From Nemertoderma westbladi (lineage: Eukaryota > Animalia > Xenacoelomorpha), in assembly GCA_032718475.1 (NCBI GenBank), contig JAUCBJ010008562.1:62001-126000 (forward strand): a DNA stretch of 64,000 bases, written 5' to 3'. The notes under the pieces were generated by a model. It saw only the letters and a list, made by a program, of their open reading frames with translations. It ran no database searches and was not told the origin of the DNA. Shown here piece by piece: positions 1-11,711 of the stretch. Every line of letters starts with the position of its first letter. Position 1 is the first letter of the stretch. The position numbers and the translations under genes are program-made.

Positions 1-2
1 AA

Positions 3-1697
3 GAATTATCAGAAAGTACAGCGAAACTCGCGAGAACGAAATATGACTCGAATGTATCAAAAAGGAGGCAAAATGCGTTAAATGAAAGAATCGAAAGTTT
101 GCGCAAAACCTTCAATGAACTTTACCCGTACGACGCTTTGTGTGATGCCTTTACTCGAGCAGGATTTAGTATATTTCGAGACGTGTATCTTCGCTGTGCG
201 GGATCTCTTATCGAAAGACCATCTATGTTAACATTGTTACCCTATGAAGGAGAACGTATCGTGGAGATTACGGATGAATCACGGCAGACGCGCGCGCCTA
301 TCGGTCACCTTGGTGATGATTTCGAAGTAACGACTACGATCACTGACGATCCTTTAGAGGAACTTCTTGAGATAGAAAGGAACCTCCCGAAGAAATCTCA
401 GACGGAGATTCGACAACTTGAAGCAACAGATGCTGTAGTTTGTATACAACCTTCAGAAACCTACCAACCCATAGATCCAGATGATTATGATTATAGTGTG
501 GGAGGAAGCGCTCGACCAATTGGAGATCTTATATACGAACGAGTGTGGTACCCTGCCAATACGATGTGTGGTAAATGTGGCGTCGCTGGACATCATTTGA
601 CCAAGTGCAGTGGAAAGCACATTACTACCACTCAACTAATCTGTGGATGGTGTGGAGATCAAGGGTCTCATACCTTTTATACTTGCTGGAGATTTATGGC
701 TCAATGTACTTATTGCAATATAAAAGGGCATCGAACATCTGAATGCCAACTAAGAGACATACCTTATGAACACGAATCTGTAAAACTCGTGAGAAAACTA
801 TTCGATGAGTGGGAAGATTTAGCCGACGAACATGTATCGGCACAAAGAAGACGATTTCCGATGAGAGCGCATCTTGGATTTTGGGCGGTAAATCCCCAAA
901 CGATGATGTCGGAAGGATACATCTCCGCTATGCGCCAATATGACGAACTTATCGAGGTAGTCGATATTTTGCCTCACGACAGTGGATTCCGAGTGGTGCG
1001 CGAGTATCTATTACAGATTCACCCAGACAACAAGAACACGTGGAATTTTCAGAAAGTCGTAAATCGTATCACGTATGGTGAATTTGATCGTTTCCGAACT
1101 GAAAAGCGGAATAAGGGAGCTTGGTTAACCGTCGCATGGGCATACCGAGCCGCGTTTTACCACAAACGTATACGAGCGAGCGTATTCGAGGAAGAGGAGA
1201 TCCTAGAGGCGACAAATATACCAGCCACTCCGGTTGCGCCATCTGCACGTCACCCTCGGGAGGACGGACAGGGTAGGATCATAAGGGTCCAGAAAGTGAG
1301 CCAACAATTAAAGAAGTCTATTAATATAGAAGAACGCAAGGGAGTTGAGCCGACCATTCGAATTACTCGGGATACGGTATCGCTTCCTAGAGAACCAACA
1401 GGAGGATCGGGACATACACCAGCTGATCAAAAGGGGGCGCAAGCTACTCTTGGGTCTGCGTCGTCCGCTTCCCGCGTGTTCCCAAACGTTTTACCAACTG
1501 TAGTGACAACTGATCGGTCACGAGGAATCGGTCGAGGTTTCGGGATACCAAATAGACGAATTTGTGAGGAAACGGTCGCACCGTCTCCCAACGTACAAGC
1601 GAAACCAGTGACTCGCCCCACGAGTCCCATATCGCGAGCAAAGTCACCTGTGCGCAGTTTTCGAGGACGCGGCAGGGCTCGATCCACTAAGCGATAA
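3..1697 (+). CDS. Zinc-knuckle protein (3x CCHC) with basic C-terminal tail; terminal ORF of an LTR-type element, 5' end outside window
   Basis: The frame is open back to position 3. Knuckles CGKCGVAGHHLTKC, CGWCGDQGSHTFYTC, CTYCNIKGHRTSEC. Ends RSFRGRGRARSTKR*. The stop is followed directly by a purine tract AAAAGGGAGGGCAAGGG. Confidence 0.7.
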   Translation, partial: ELSESTAKLARTKYDSNVSKRRQNALNERIESLRKTFNELYPYDALCDAFTRAGFSIFRDVYLRCAGSLIERPSMLTLLPYEGERIVEITDESRQTRAPIGHLGDDFEVTTTITDDPLEELLEIERNLPKKSQTEIRQLEATDAVVCIQPSETYQPIDPDDYDYSVGGSARPIGDLIYERVWYPANTMCGKCGVAGHHLTKCSGKHITTTQLICGWCGDQGSHTFYTCWRFMAQCTYCNIKGHRTSECQLRDIPYEHESVKLVRKLFDEWEDLADEHVSAQRRRFPMRAHLGFWAVNPQTMMSEGYISAMRQYDELIEVVDILPHDSGFRVVREYLLQIHPDNKNTWNFQKVVNRITYGEFDRFRTEKRNKGAWLTVAWAYRAAFYHKRIRASVFEEEEILEATNIPATPVAPSARHPREDGQGRIIRVQKVSQQLKKSINIEERKGVEPTIRITRDTVSLPREPTGGSGHTPADQKGAQATLGSASSASRVFPNVLPTVVTTDRSRGIGRGFGIPNRRICEETVAPSPNVQAKPVTRPTSPISRAKSPVRSFRGRGRARSTKR

Positions 1698-1712
1698 AAG
1701 GGAGGGCAAGGG

Positions 1713-3320
1713 TGGACGGAAGACTCATGAGCCTTTCTTGTGAATTTGTGATTTATTTGAATTATATGTTTTATATTTAGTAAGTTTTGTATTCTGGAAG
1801 AACTCATATTTAGTAAGATTTATATTTAGTAAGATTTTATATTTAGTAAGATTTATATTTAGAAGGAAGTTATATTTTGCAATATTTATATTTTATATTT
1901 GTGATTATTCCGAACTTATACAATTAATATTGTTCCGAATACTATGCAATTTATATCTTATAAGCAGTATTTGTATTTACAGTGAAATAGAAAGTAAGAG
2001 TAGATGGAAGACTCGTGGGCCTTTCTTATAGTTTCATTTGTAAAGCGTTATATTTTGTATTTAGAAAGTTTTATAGTTAGAAAGTTTTGTACTTAGAAAG
2101 ACTCATATTTGTAATTATTCCGAACTTATGCAATCTACATTTAGGCACGAAAGTATTTGTAATTATTTGAATTTATGCAATATTTGAGATGCAATTGTAG
2201 ATGGAAGACTCGCGAGCCTTTCTTATCATTTTCATTTATTTGTATTTGTAATTGTTTGAATTAATGCAATATTGAGATGCAATAGATTTATATTGGTGAA
2301 TTTAATTTAGATTTATATTGTACTTACTTAGTAAAGCCTTAAATATGTAAAGTTTGAATTTGTAATTATTTTGTATCGAATCATTATGTAGAAAGGAAGT
2401 ATTGCTTGAAATTTAATTTGTAAATATGTAAGTACGCCCTAAGTATTCTATAATTTGATTGATTATTGGTGAAAACCGTATATTTTATGCACGATAATAT
2501 CCTGTTTTCATGGAGCGGTATAGAATTATACTCTCTAAATGCCGTGGATTTTCAAAATTTTATTTTATTCGAATTAACTTTGCTAAAGATTACATTAAGT
2601 CCTCATTTGTATTTGCTATATCTATTTGTACGATGATTAGTCAAGTGGTTCAGTAGCTCAGTCGGTAGAGCGTTGGAAATTATATGTAGTGTGTATTGAG
2701 TTCGAATCCTAGTAGGTGCGAATTATTTTTTGTGCAAAATTTCAACTCATTTAAATTGACCGCTACAAATTAATTGCATTTGCTCGAAGTAAGGTTAACC
2801 AATGAGACTGTAGTTATTAGATTGCAACCAATGTCGTACAAGTTATATATTTGCTGGACCAATAGCTATCTTTAAAACCCTGTTAGAACCTATAGAACAA
2901 TCGAGAATTTTCTCGATTGATTGCGGCACAAATTTGGTATAAAAGGTGCGATTTCGTTCATTAGTTCACTTCCTCTTCACACACTTCAATCACTATTACT
3001 TCTCAGTCTTGCGATTCATTCTATTCTGTTTATTGTATAATAGTTATTGTTTGATTTTGTAATAAAAGTTAGAAATACTTGTCACATCTGCCCTTTTCTA
3101 TCTGTTTTACTATGCTTCACCACGGTGAACCCAACTAAGGGACAGGATGGCTGGCTAGACATCGGGCCACAGCAATGAACGGGAACATCTAAGGAATGTA
3201 GACAGGAGACAACCCGCAATATCACTCTTAGTTATTCGCCCATCGCCTGAAAGGTTAGACAGCGTTCGATGCCTTGCTACCTAAGTATAAGACCAAAGAT
3301 CGAAGGTAGAGGTAGTGACA
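1713..3320 (+). mobile_element. Probable 3' UTR/LTR of the plus-strand element (boundaries approximate)
   Basis: PPT-like tract 1696-1712 then TG; three CCAAT boxes (~2800, 2828, 2859); TATAAAA 2938; TTAGTT initiator ~2961; AATAAA 3061. No partner LTR in the window. Confidence 0.5.
2647..2731 (+). promoter_or_regulatory. tRNA-like Pol III promoter remnant (A box + B box + T run)
   Basis: TAGCTCAGTCGGTAGAGC (A box/D arm), GAGTTCGAATCC (B box), T6 run at ~2726; anticodon arm and acceptor stem are not intact. Confidence 0.55.
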
Positions 3321-4689
3321 CGCTGTATGCCTAAAATTACATCTAGGGACTGTACTGTTTTAATTCAGGAAAAAACCGCAGTAGACCTTCATATTCCTAC
3401 GGGGGGGGGGGGGGGGAGAGCAGGCAGAGATACTAGTACGCAGATAGGACGTAGGCACACCGGTACAAAGCATACACATTGGTACGGGTGCAGCAAACTG
3501 TACGCCTAACTCTTGCTAAGTACAGGTGCGTCTGTGACTATTTGTAGTACAACGGTGTCCATTGCATTAGAACTTGTAGGCCAGGAGGGTTACTGTGTTT
3601 CACCTGAATTAGGATTGTACCGTTCAGGCGGTAGGGCAGTTTACGACTAGGCGCAAATAAATTGAGGCTATTTAGGGATACTAACATCTACCGTGTCCCC
3701 GCCGACATCCTGATAGGAAGTTACCAAGCCCACCTAGGTAACCAAAATTCTAGATAGGACGCCAGGCTAGCTATTAGTAACCGTACGCCTACTGTAGTAA
3801 ACTAACACATTTCTTCTTAGTATTAGGGACCTGGTAAATTAAAATTGCCGAATTCTGGGCGTTGCATTAACCTTATGCCTGAATTTGAGTCCTGGAAATA
3901 CGCAAGAGGGGAAGGAGCCTTATCATTCGTGAGTATTGGCCCTACAAGTTACAAAATTAGAATATTCGTAAAATGCACACCGTACCCAGTAATTATATAT
4001 ATGAAGGAGCAAAACTGATCTTGACGGTTCAGAATTAACACACGCGAGTTAGAAATTATTTACACCTCAAAATATTTAAAATTAACTTTTGTCCGTACTG
4101 CGCTTTGCCCGCTAGTTAGACATCTCCAAATCTCTGCACCTAGCTAGCGTCCTTTTCGCCCAACCATATAAATCACACCGCGGCAAAGTATACGAGCCCC
4201 TTAGTCCGTCAGTGAGTCAGCCTGATTTTAGGATTCGCTGCGCGGGATTTTGTTTTATCGAAGTCTGTCTGTTCGTAGACTGTTTTCTGCCTCACCGGTT
4301 ATAAGGGACCGATACTGCAATATATTCGCTTACTTGGAGTTTACTGTTTTGGTGAGAAGGTCGGATTTATGATTTGATTCACAAACTTTACAGTAAGATA
4401 TTGCAGGTATTGTTACTGTCTCTTCCATATACTATTCTTATTCTAATTTTTATTTTGATTTAATTTCAATCCTACTACCTTACTGTTTCCTATTACTTGC
4501 TACTGCCTATGGATTATTCTATCTCCTAATCCACATTCTGGCCTACTCTGTGGGACTGTGCAGTACAGCAGTATATGTCGCGCGGCCTACACGATCTATC
4601 CAACTGTACTCATATGCCCCCCTCTCGCTACTAACTCCTAACTAATATCTATATCTTATATACCCCTTTTACCTCTTACTCTCTCTCTT

Positions 4690-5350
4690 CTAACTAACGG
4701 TACTACGTACCCTCTAACTCTCCTCTAACTAACGGTACTACGTACCCTCTAACTCTCCTCTAACTAACGGTACTACGTACCCTCTAACTCTCTAACTAAC
4801 TAGCGGTACTACGTACCCTCTAACTAACTCTCTAACTGACTAGCGGTACTACGTACCCTCTAACTAACTCTCTAACTAACTAGCGGTACTACGTACCCTC
4901 TAACTAACTCTCTAACTGACTAGCGGTACTACGTACCCTCTAACTAACTCTCTAACTAACGGTACTACGTACCCTCTAACTTTCTAACTAACGGTACTAC
5001 GTACCCTCTAACTCTCCTCTAACTAACGGTACTACGTACCCTCTAACTCTCTAACTAACTAACAGTACTACGTACCCTCTAACTAACTCTCTAACTGACT
5101 AGCGGTACTACGTACCCTCTAACTAACTCTCTAACTAACTAGCGGTACTACGTACCCTCTAACTAACTCTCTAACTGACTAGCGGTACTACGTACCCTCT
5201 AACTAACTCTCTAACTAACTAGCGGTACTACGTACCCTCTAACTAACTCTCTAACTGACTAGCGGTACTACGTACCCTCTAACTAACTCTCTAACTAACG
5301 GTACTACGTACCTCCTAACTAATTAACTAACTAGGTACTACGTACCTCTT
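4690..5350. repeat. Minisatellite of 33-40-bp units, ~18 copies, each with the hairpin core GGTAC-TAC-GTACC
   Basis: Core ggtactacgtacc recurs from ~4699 to ~5334, separated by (ctaa)/(ctct)-rich linkers. Confidence 0.95.
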
Positions 5351-5552
5351 AACTAACTTCTGCCTACTAACTGCGTACCTACTATGTACTTATTATTTTG
5401 TTTTCTATTTTTTTTTTTTATTTTTATGTGTGGGAAGGGCGTCTCGCCCTCAATCCCACCCCCCTCAGTCCAAATCTTGGACGACTAAACTCTTCCCTAA
5501 CTCCACTAAGGTGCTCCTTCTAGCAGACAGGTAACACCTCTGCCCGCACCTT

Positions 5553-8500
5553 TTACGGATCTAACTCTTCCATCCCAGTCCAACCTGTTGGACAACTCAG
5601 CGACCCAAGGGGTGATTCCTCCAGCAGGCAACTCTCCCACTGCCCCCCTATAGGTTCTCTAATTCTTCGCTCCGCTCTTCTTGTCAATTCGATAGGTAGT
5701 CTTTTCTCCTGTTTTTGGAAATGCTGTCTGCTATTTATGTTTCTGATCTCGTGGTCGTCCCTTGGCGGCAAAGTGCCACCCTTCAACGTGTCACCCGGCG
5801 GTATAATGCCGCCCCTGTTCTTCTCCTTAATCTTAGATGCCACCTCTGCTGGCCTCCCCCTTAATATGTGTGCTGGCATTAAAGGCCTCGACGACCCCCG
5901 TTCGTCCTTCGGTATACACGGTCTCTGCCCATGTAATGCCCCTTCACACTCTGTCAGTCCCGCGTGCGTATGCAGCACGCCTCCTACTTTCCCGGATCCT
6001 TTGTCCATCACACGCCCACCCACGGGCTTCTCTGCCCCTGGTCTGATCGTCTCAAGTCTTCTCCCTTTCCATTTAGTCCTCCTGCTCAGCCTCCCCCTTG
6101 TCGGCATGCCTCCCAACCGGACCGGCATCTCTTCCGGACACTCCTCCTGCCTGTCCCCCGGAAATTTTGCCGTCCGCTCCTCTCCATCTCCATACCGATG
6201 CTTGCTGGGACTCTTGTTCCAACCCATCGTCTCTAGATCTTCTGCATCCATGCCATTCTCCTCCGCCCACTCTCGTGGTGTTGCTTCCACTTCTAGCTGT
6301 CTACCACTATTGCCCATCTCTGGCCTCTCCTCTATCTCGTCGACAGTTCCTGGCACCATGCATCCTGAACTCTCAGACGCATGGAATGGTATATTACTCT
6401 TAATTGGGCCTGTCAGTGTCCACCCGAATGGTGTTAATATCGCCACCGGGTCACACTGCTTGTCTTCGCCGAAGACCGTTTGCATTCTTTCGTGGGCCGT
6501 TGGGCAGTCCATCCCTACTATGATGGATACCTTCCTAACGTCCACGTCTGGGATTGAGAAGTCAATGTCGTCCAGGAATTTATACTGCTCGACCTCGATG
6601 TTGGTTGGCCGCCTGGCATTGATATTAATTGACTCTATCACTTGGATGGGGTCGATGGTTGCCCCATAGTCGCATCCTGGTGCCACTGCTGCAATTGCGC
6701 ACCGTCCTGTTCTCATCTCCAGGATCTCATCTTTGCTAGAGATGGTTGTTACCGCCATTCTGCTTGGCCTCGTTCTCAATCCTATCTCTTCGGCCACCCA
6801 TTCCTCGACTAATGTGAAGGCAGCTCCACTGTCAACCAGCATTAGTGTTGTTACTGATCGATTGCCTTCCCCAATCACTCGTACGGGTACTACTCCAAGT
6901 AACACCGTTCCTCTCTTCTTCGCCCCTACTGTGCTCGTTGCCATCGTTTGGCCTCTCCTCTGACCGAACTTTACCGGCTTCTCTTTGCATTCCCTAGCTC
7001 TATGTCCACTCATCACACACCGTGAGCAGATTTTATTGCTCAACGCGTAATCTATCTGATCTTGCCTAGGTAGCGCCTGCCAGTACCTGCAGTTCATGGT
7101 TTGATGAAGCGCATTTGCGTGTAGCTGGCATTTGCTCTTTGGGTCGTAGCCCTCCTTATACAGCGCATTGCGTATCGCAGTTGCATTTGTACCAAAGTCC
7201 CTACTATTCTTATTGTTTGGATTCGGCCTACTGGATGTACTGGGGTTATATTTATATGTGTTGTTATTGTTCCCCTGTCCGTTCCATGGTGTGATCTCAT
7301 CTTCGGCTAGCTGTGGACTTGCAGTCCCCTGCGTCGCTGCGTATGGCAATGATTGCCTGAGCCTCGGTAATGTGTTTGATGTATTGTGCTCTGGCTTCGG
7401 TCTATGGTAATCCGTCTTCGGTCCCTTTCCCAGGCTATCTTCGCTATAGACTGGGTCAGTTATTAGTTCAGCCTCGTAGTTTAAGAAGTTTGACATTTCT
7501 TCTAAACCCGGTTCCGCACCCTTCTTATCTCGAGTGGAGAAAGCGATCTTCCTCCACTTGTTGCGCAGCCAGTTCGGTAGTGCCTGCGCTATCGTTGTGA
7601 TGTTGTTGGACGTGTTGAGCTCGTATGGCGCGTCTAGCGTCTTCAGCACGATTAGCGCCTTTTCAACTTTGTTAGCAAATGTCTTAATGCTAACAGGATT
7701 ATCCTGTAGGCCACCCGATGTTATGCCCCTCAGTGTCTGTCTGATGATCTTGGCCGGGTGCCCGTATTCCCTGTCCAGTGCCCGCCATGCTCTGTCGTGA
7801 AGCCGCCCTCTATTCCTTGATATTGCCTCACGATATTGTATGCTGGGCCTCCCGTGTATACTTGCAGATACTTTAGGCACTCCACCTGCGTCAAGTTCTT
7901 TGTTAGTATTTCGTTACTATACATGCGCCGAAACTGTAAATATTCTTCCGGCCTACTCCCATCGAATTTGAATGGTTCCACGGGTGGTAACTCGATCCTC
8001 GTTTTCAATGCATCGATCAACGTGGCCATCCCCATCGCCTGCGCTTCCAATGGATTCGATGGGTGCTGCATAGTTTCTCCTGTCTGGTGCGGTTCGTCCG
8101 TCCTATTTCTTGACTTTCTTTGACTTGGGTATGTCATCGGGGGTAGCGGCCCCCTCCATATTTCTGTGTCACACGACCTATTCTCATCCAAGGGTCTCGT
8201 TGTTCTTGCTCCTATCGGGGTATATTGTTGATATTGTGATGGGGAATGTCACCCTGTCCCCCCCCCCCCCCACCGGTATGTTTGGTACTGGGGTTGATGT
8301 TAATATATTGGGGCCCATACACCTATCCGCAATAATTCCCCCCTCCCCTGGGTATATGTTATGTCCCTGCATGCTGTAGTCATACTGCTGTACTGGTACC
8401 GGTATAGGCCTATCAGCTTCTGGCCTACTCGCCGGTATGTATTCCGCGACTTCCGGGTTTAATCCCGTTGTCCACGCTATCCTATCGCCTACATTGCCTC

Positions 8501-11500
8501 TCTCAGTATGGCCTATGGTATGTGCAGTAAGGCCTACAGTATGTCCTACAGTCTGCATGTGTCGCTCGGGATCGAAGTTTATTCTTCTCGAATAGTCCTC
8601 CCCGCGGCTACCGTATTCTCGATCGGTAGGTATATTCCGTCGGAAAGTTTCTCTTCGACCCCCCTCTCTACTGTTCTCATCTTCGTACCGGTACATCGCG
8701 TACCCCTCTCTCGGCGCGTAGTGCGCCTCGCCGGGTCGCATCTCTCCGGAGCGACGGCAATCTCCCGGAGTCCGACCCCACTGACTCTCTGTTCTCATCT
8801 CGACTACCGACGGCTCGCTATCCATCCTCGCTCTTCTATCGTTCGCGGCGATACTTCTACTACTGTCTTCTCTTCTTCTCCTTTCAGTGGAGTATTCCCG
8901 CTCGTGAGATCTCTCGTCGACCTCCCGGGTAAATCCCACTGTTCTTCTTCCCTCTTCTGATCGGGCTCGACGCTTCGTCCGCCCTCTCACGACGTCAACC
9001 TCTCTCTCTATGCTCGGTCGCACCCCGCTGGGGATACTCGCAATCCCCCTATTACTCTCCGTCGCCGGGTGTTGCGGTTTACCTATTTCGGCCCGCGCAT
9101 TATCCGCTGACGGCTGTGGGACACTCTCTGCCCCCCCCCCCTTTTCGCCGCTAACTCGCTGTTGTGGGGCCCCTGTAGCCCCCCCCCACTCGCCACGTCT
9201 AACTTCGCTATCCCTCACCCCGCTACTATATCCCTCTCTAGTCGACACATCAACCCTACCGCGGTCGGGTCTATTCACCCCCGCCTCTCCCTCTGCTATT
9301 GCGTGGCCTACCAGGCCTTCTGCTCCCTGCCTACCAGTTATGTGGCCTACCAGGCCCTCGCTGGGTCTATCCAACCCAGCCACTCCCTGCCTACCAACTA
9401 CGTGGCCTACCAGGCCCTCGCCGGGTCTACCTAACCCAGCTACTCCCTGCCTACCAACTATGTGGCCTACCAGGCCATCGCTGGGTCTATTCAACCCAGC
9501 CACTCCCTGCCTACCAACTACGTGGCCTACCAGGCCCTCGCTGGGTCTATCCAACCCAGCCACTCCCTGCCTACCAACTACATGGCCTACCAGGCCCTCG
9601 TCGGGTCTACCTAACCCAGCCACTTCCGGCCTACTAACTCTACGACCTACCAGGCCCTCGTCTGTCTGGCCATACACGCCCGACGTGTTTACGTTAATAG
9701 CACCCATATCGGAAACGGAATCAATTTGTTCGTTCGAAACAAAATCATTTGAATTACTTTGCGCGACTACACTATTTGAATTATTTTGTAAATTCGGGCT
9801 CGGATCATTATTTAAATTATTTGGATTATTTTGTGTAATTGCGTTACTTAAATTATTTTGTAGGTTCGAATTTGGGTTATTATTTTGATTATTTGGATTA
9901 TTTTGTGTAGCTACATTAATATTAGAATTATTTTCTACATTAATATTAGGATTGTTCTGATTTAAATTTAAATTACTATCACTAGGCAAAGTATTTCCTG
10001 CAATAAAGGTTTGATTAGAATTATCCCATACGGTACTATTAATATTAACCACGTCTACTGTACCATTATCATTATTACCCCCCCCCCCCCGCCCGTACGG
10101 TCACACCAGTTTTGGGTCTGTCGTGCGGTCCCTGTAAGTGGGGTATTAATAAATGTATCCACGGCCCCTGGCTCCCCTAAAATACTCGAGCCAGTCTCGC
10201 TCTCAGACGCCGCCGCCCGCACCAGTTGCAGCTCGTGCGTGCGTCTAATCCTATGTTCCGCTAGCTCACTTTGGCGTCTCTTTAATTCCTTATGTTCTCG
10301 CTCAGCTTCTACCATTCTCCTCTCACACTCCCGCGCGTCCCGCTCAGCCAACTCTGCTACTCTCCTAGCGCTCTCCCTTCGCCTCGCTTCACGCTCCTTG
10401 CGTTCACTTTCCCGTCTCGCCTCACGCTCCTTGCGTTCCTTTTCCTCTCTCGCCTCACGCTCCGTACACTTTCTTTCCTCTATTTCATCACACTCCCTAA
10501 GGCCTCTCAAAGCCCTTTCAGCCCTCTCTCCAGTTTCTCTAATCAATGTCGCTTCCCTCTCTAGCCGCATTCTCCCCTCCTCTAGCTGTTTATCCATTTC
10601 CCTCTGCCCTTGCTTTATCAGGTCGAGACGGCACGCGGCACCTATCTCCCTCACCAGTCTTTCTTTTACGGAGGATGTAGCAGACTTATCGGTTGTGACG
10701 GATTCCCTCCGCCTTCCCATCCTACTAACTTTCCCCCGCCTCCCGGAACTTCCTCCGACCGACGAGGCCGAATCCTCGGGGTTAACCTCGGATTTGCCCC
10801 CTTCAGGTCCCCTCCAACCCACTAATTTTACTCCCCGGGCATTGACCAAGTATGGCCCTATGTACACTGACACTACGCTAGGTTCCATACTCCCACATTC
10901 CCATAGTTCAAACAGTTCGCTGGCAACCCCTTTTGCTCTCTCCTCGGCCAATTCTCTCTGCCCGAAGCGCATTAGATAATATAAATGTCTGTCCGACTTA
11001 CCTAGTCCTGACTTTAGTTTTACCTCGTCTATTGTTTTCCCCTTCCTGGCCTCCTCTAGTAGTCTCCGGGTCGCGTTGTAGGCCCGTCGAAGTCGATCGG
11101 AGACCCCGACGTCCTCGTCGCCGACCTCTCCTCCGTCTCTCCGGGTTCGACGTCGTACCGTCGGCCCCACCGTCGCCGTTCCGGTGGGCCGACCGTCGCC
11201 CTCGGCCTGTGCCTGGCCAGCGACATCGGTATCGACATCTCCGTCGTCTCTCCGGGTCCGGCGTCGTACCGTCGGCCCCACTGTCGCCGTCTCGGTGGAC
11301 CGGCCGTCTTCCTCGACCTGTGGCTGGCCCGCGACATCGGTACCGACGTCCGTGTCTCGTGTCGACTCGTCTCCGTCTCCCTCCGTCTCGCTCTCTCCTC
11401 CTCTCGGCTCGACCTCAGGTTCCAGGCGGCCCCCCTCATCCTCAGCTGCCGGATGACCCGTTACCGATGGGTCCGGCGTTGTGGGCCTGTAACGCCTGGT

Positions 11501-11569
11501 TGCGGCCTCGCGGATCGTTAGTTCTTCGTCCGGGGTCCGCGTCGGTGTCGTCTCACCTGACTGACTCAT
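5553..11569 (-). pseudogene. gag: BEL/Pao-type gag + aspartic protease, frameshifted (ORFs 10055-11569, 8184-10052, 7730-8191, 5553-7880); no RT/RNase H
   Basis: IELPPVEPFKFDGSRPEEYLQF (DUF1759-type Gag), LPNWLRNKW, Cys/His knuckles CQLH..HQTMNC and CSRCVMSGHRAREC, protease LVDSGA, post-protease PVAILTPFGWTLTGP; no YxDD motif downstream. Confidence 0.8.
9300..9660 (-). repeat. ~6 x 60-bp coding repeat (GLVGHVVGRQGVAGLDRPSE) inside Gag N-terminal extension
   Basis: Direct 60-bp periodicity visible in DNA and in ORF 8184-10052. Confidence 0.9.
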
Positions 11570-11711
11570 CTTCTTTACCTCTAGATTGGTGGCTGGTAGT
11601 CGCTGTTTATCTAGGGCGGCAGCTGGTTTTAGTTACTGTTACAGTTTAACTAGGGCGGCAGCTCGATTTAGTTACTGTGACGGGATCCAGGAGGGATCCC
11701 GGTTTATCCGG

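Noticed and set aside
2647-2720. Functional tRNA gene
   Set aside because: No anticodon stem or acceptor pairing.
4690-5350. CRISPR-like palindromic repeat array
   Set aside because: Spacers are not unique, the context is eukaryotic and there are no cas genes.
10078-10090. Programmed frameshift at G13
   Set aside because: A homopolymer indel or sequencing error is the simpler explanation.
5737-11649. Long plus-strand ORFs (310, 292, 322, 238 aa)
   Set aside because: Antisense shadows of GC-rich, repetitive gag sequence with no motifs.
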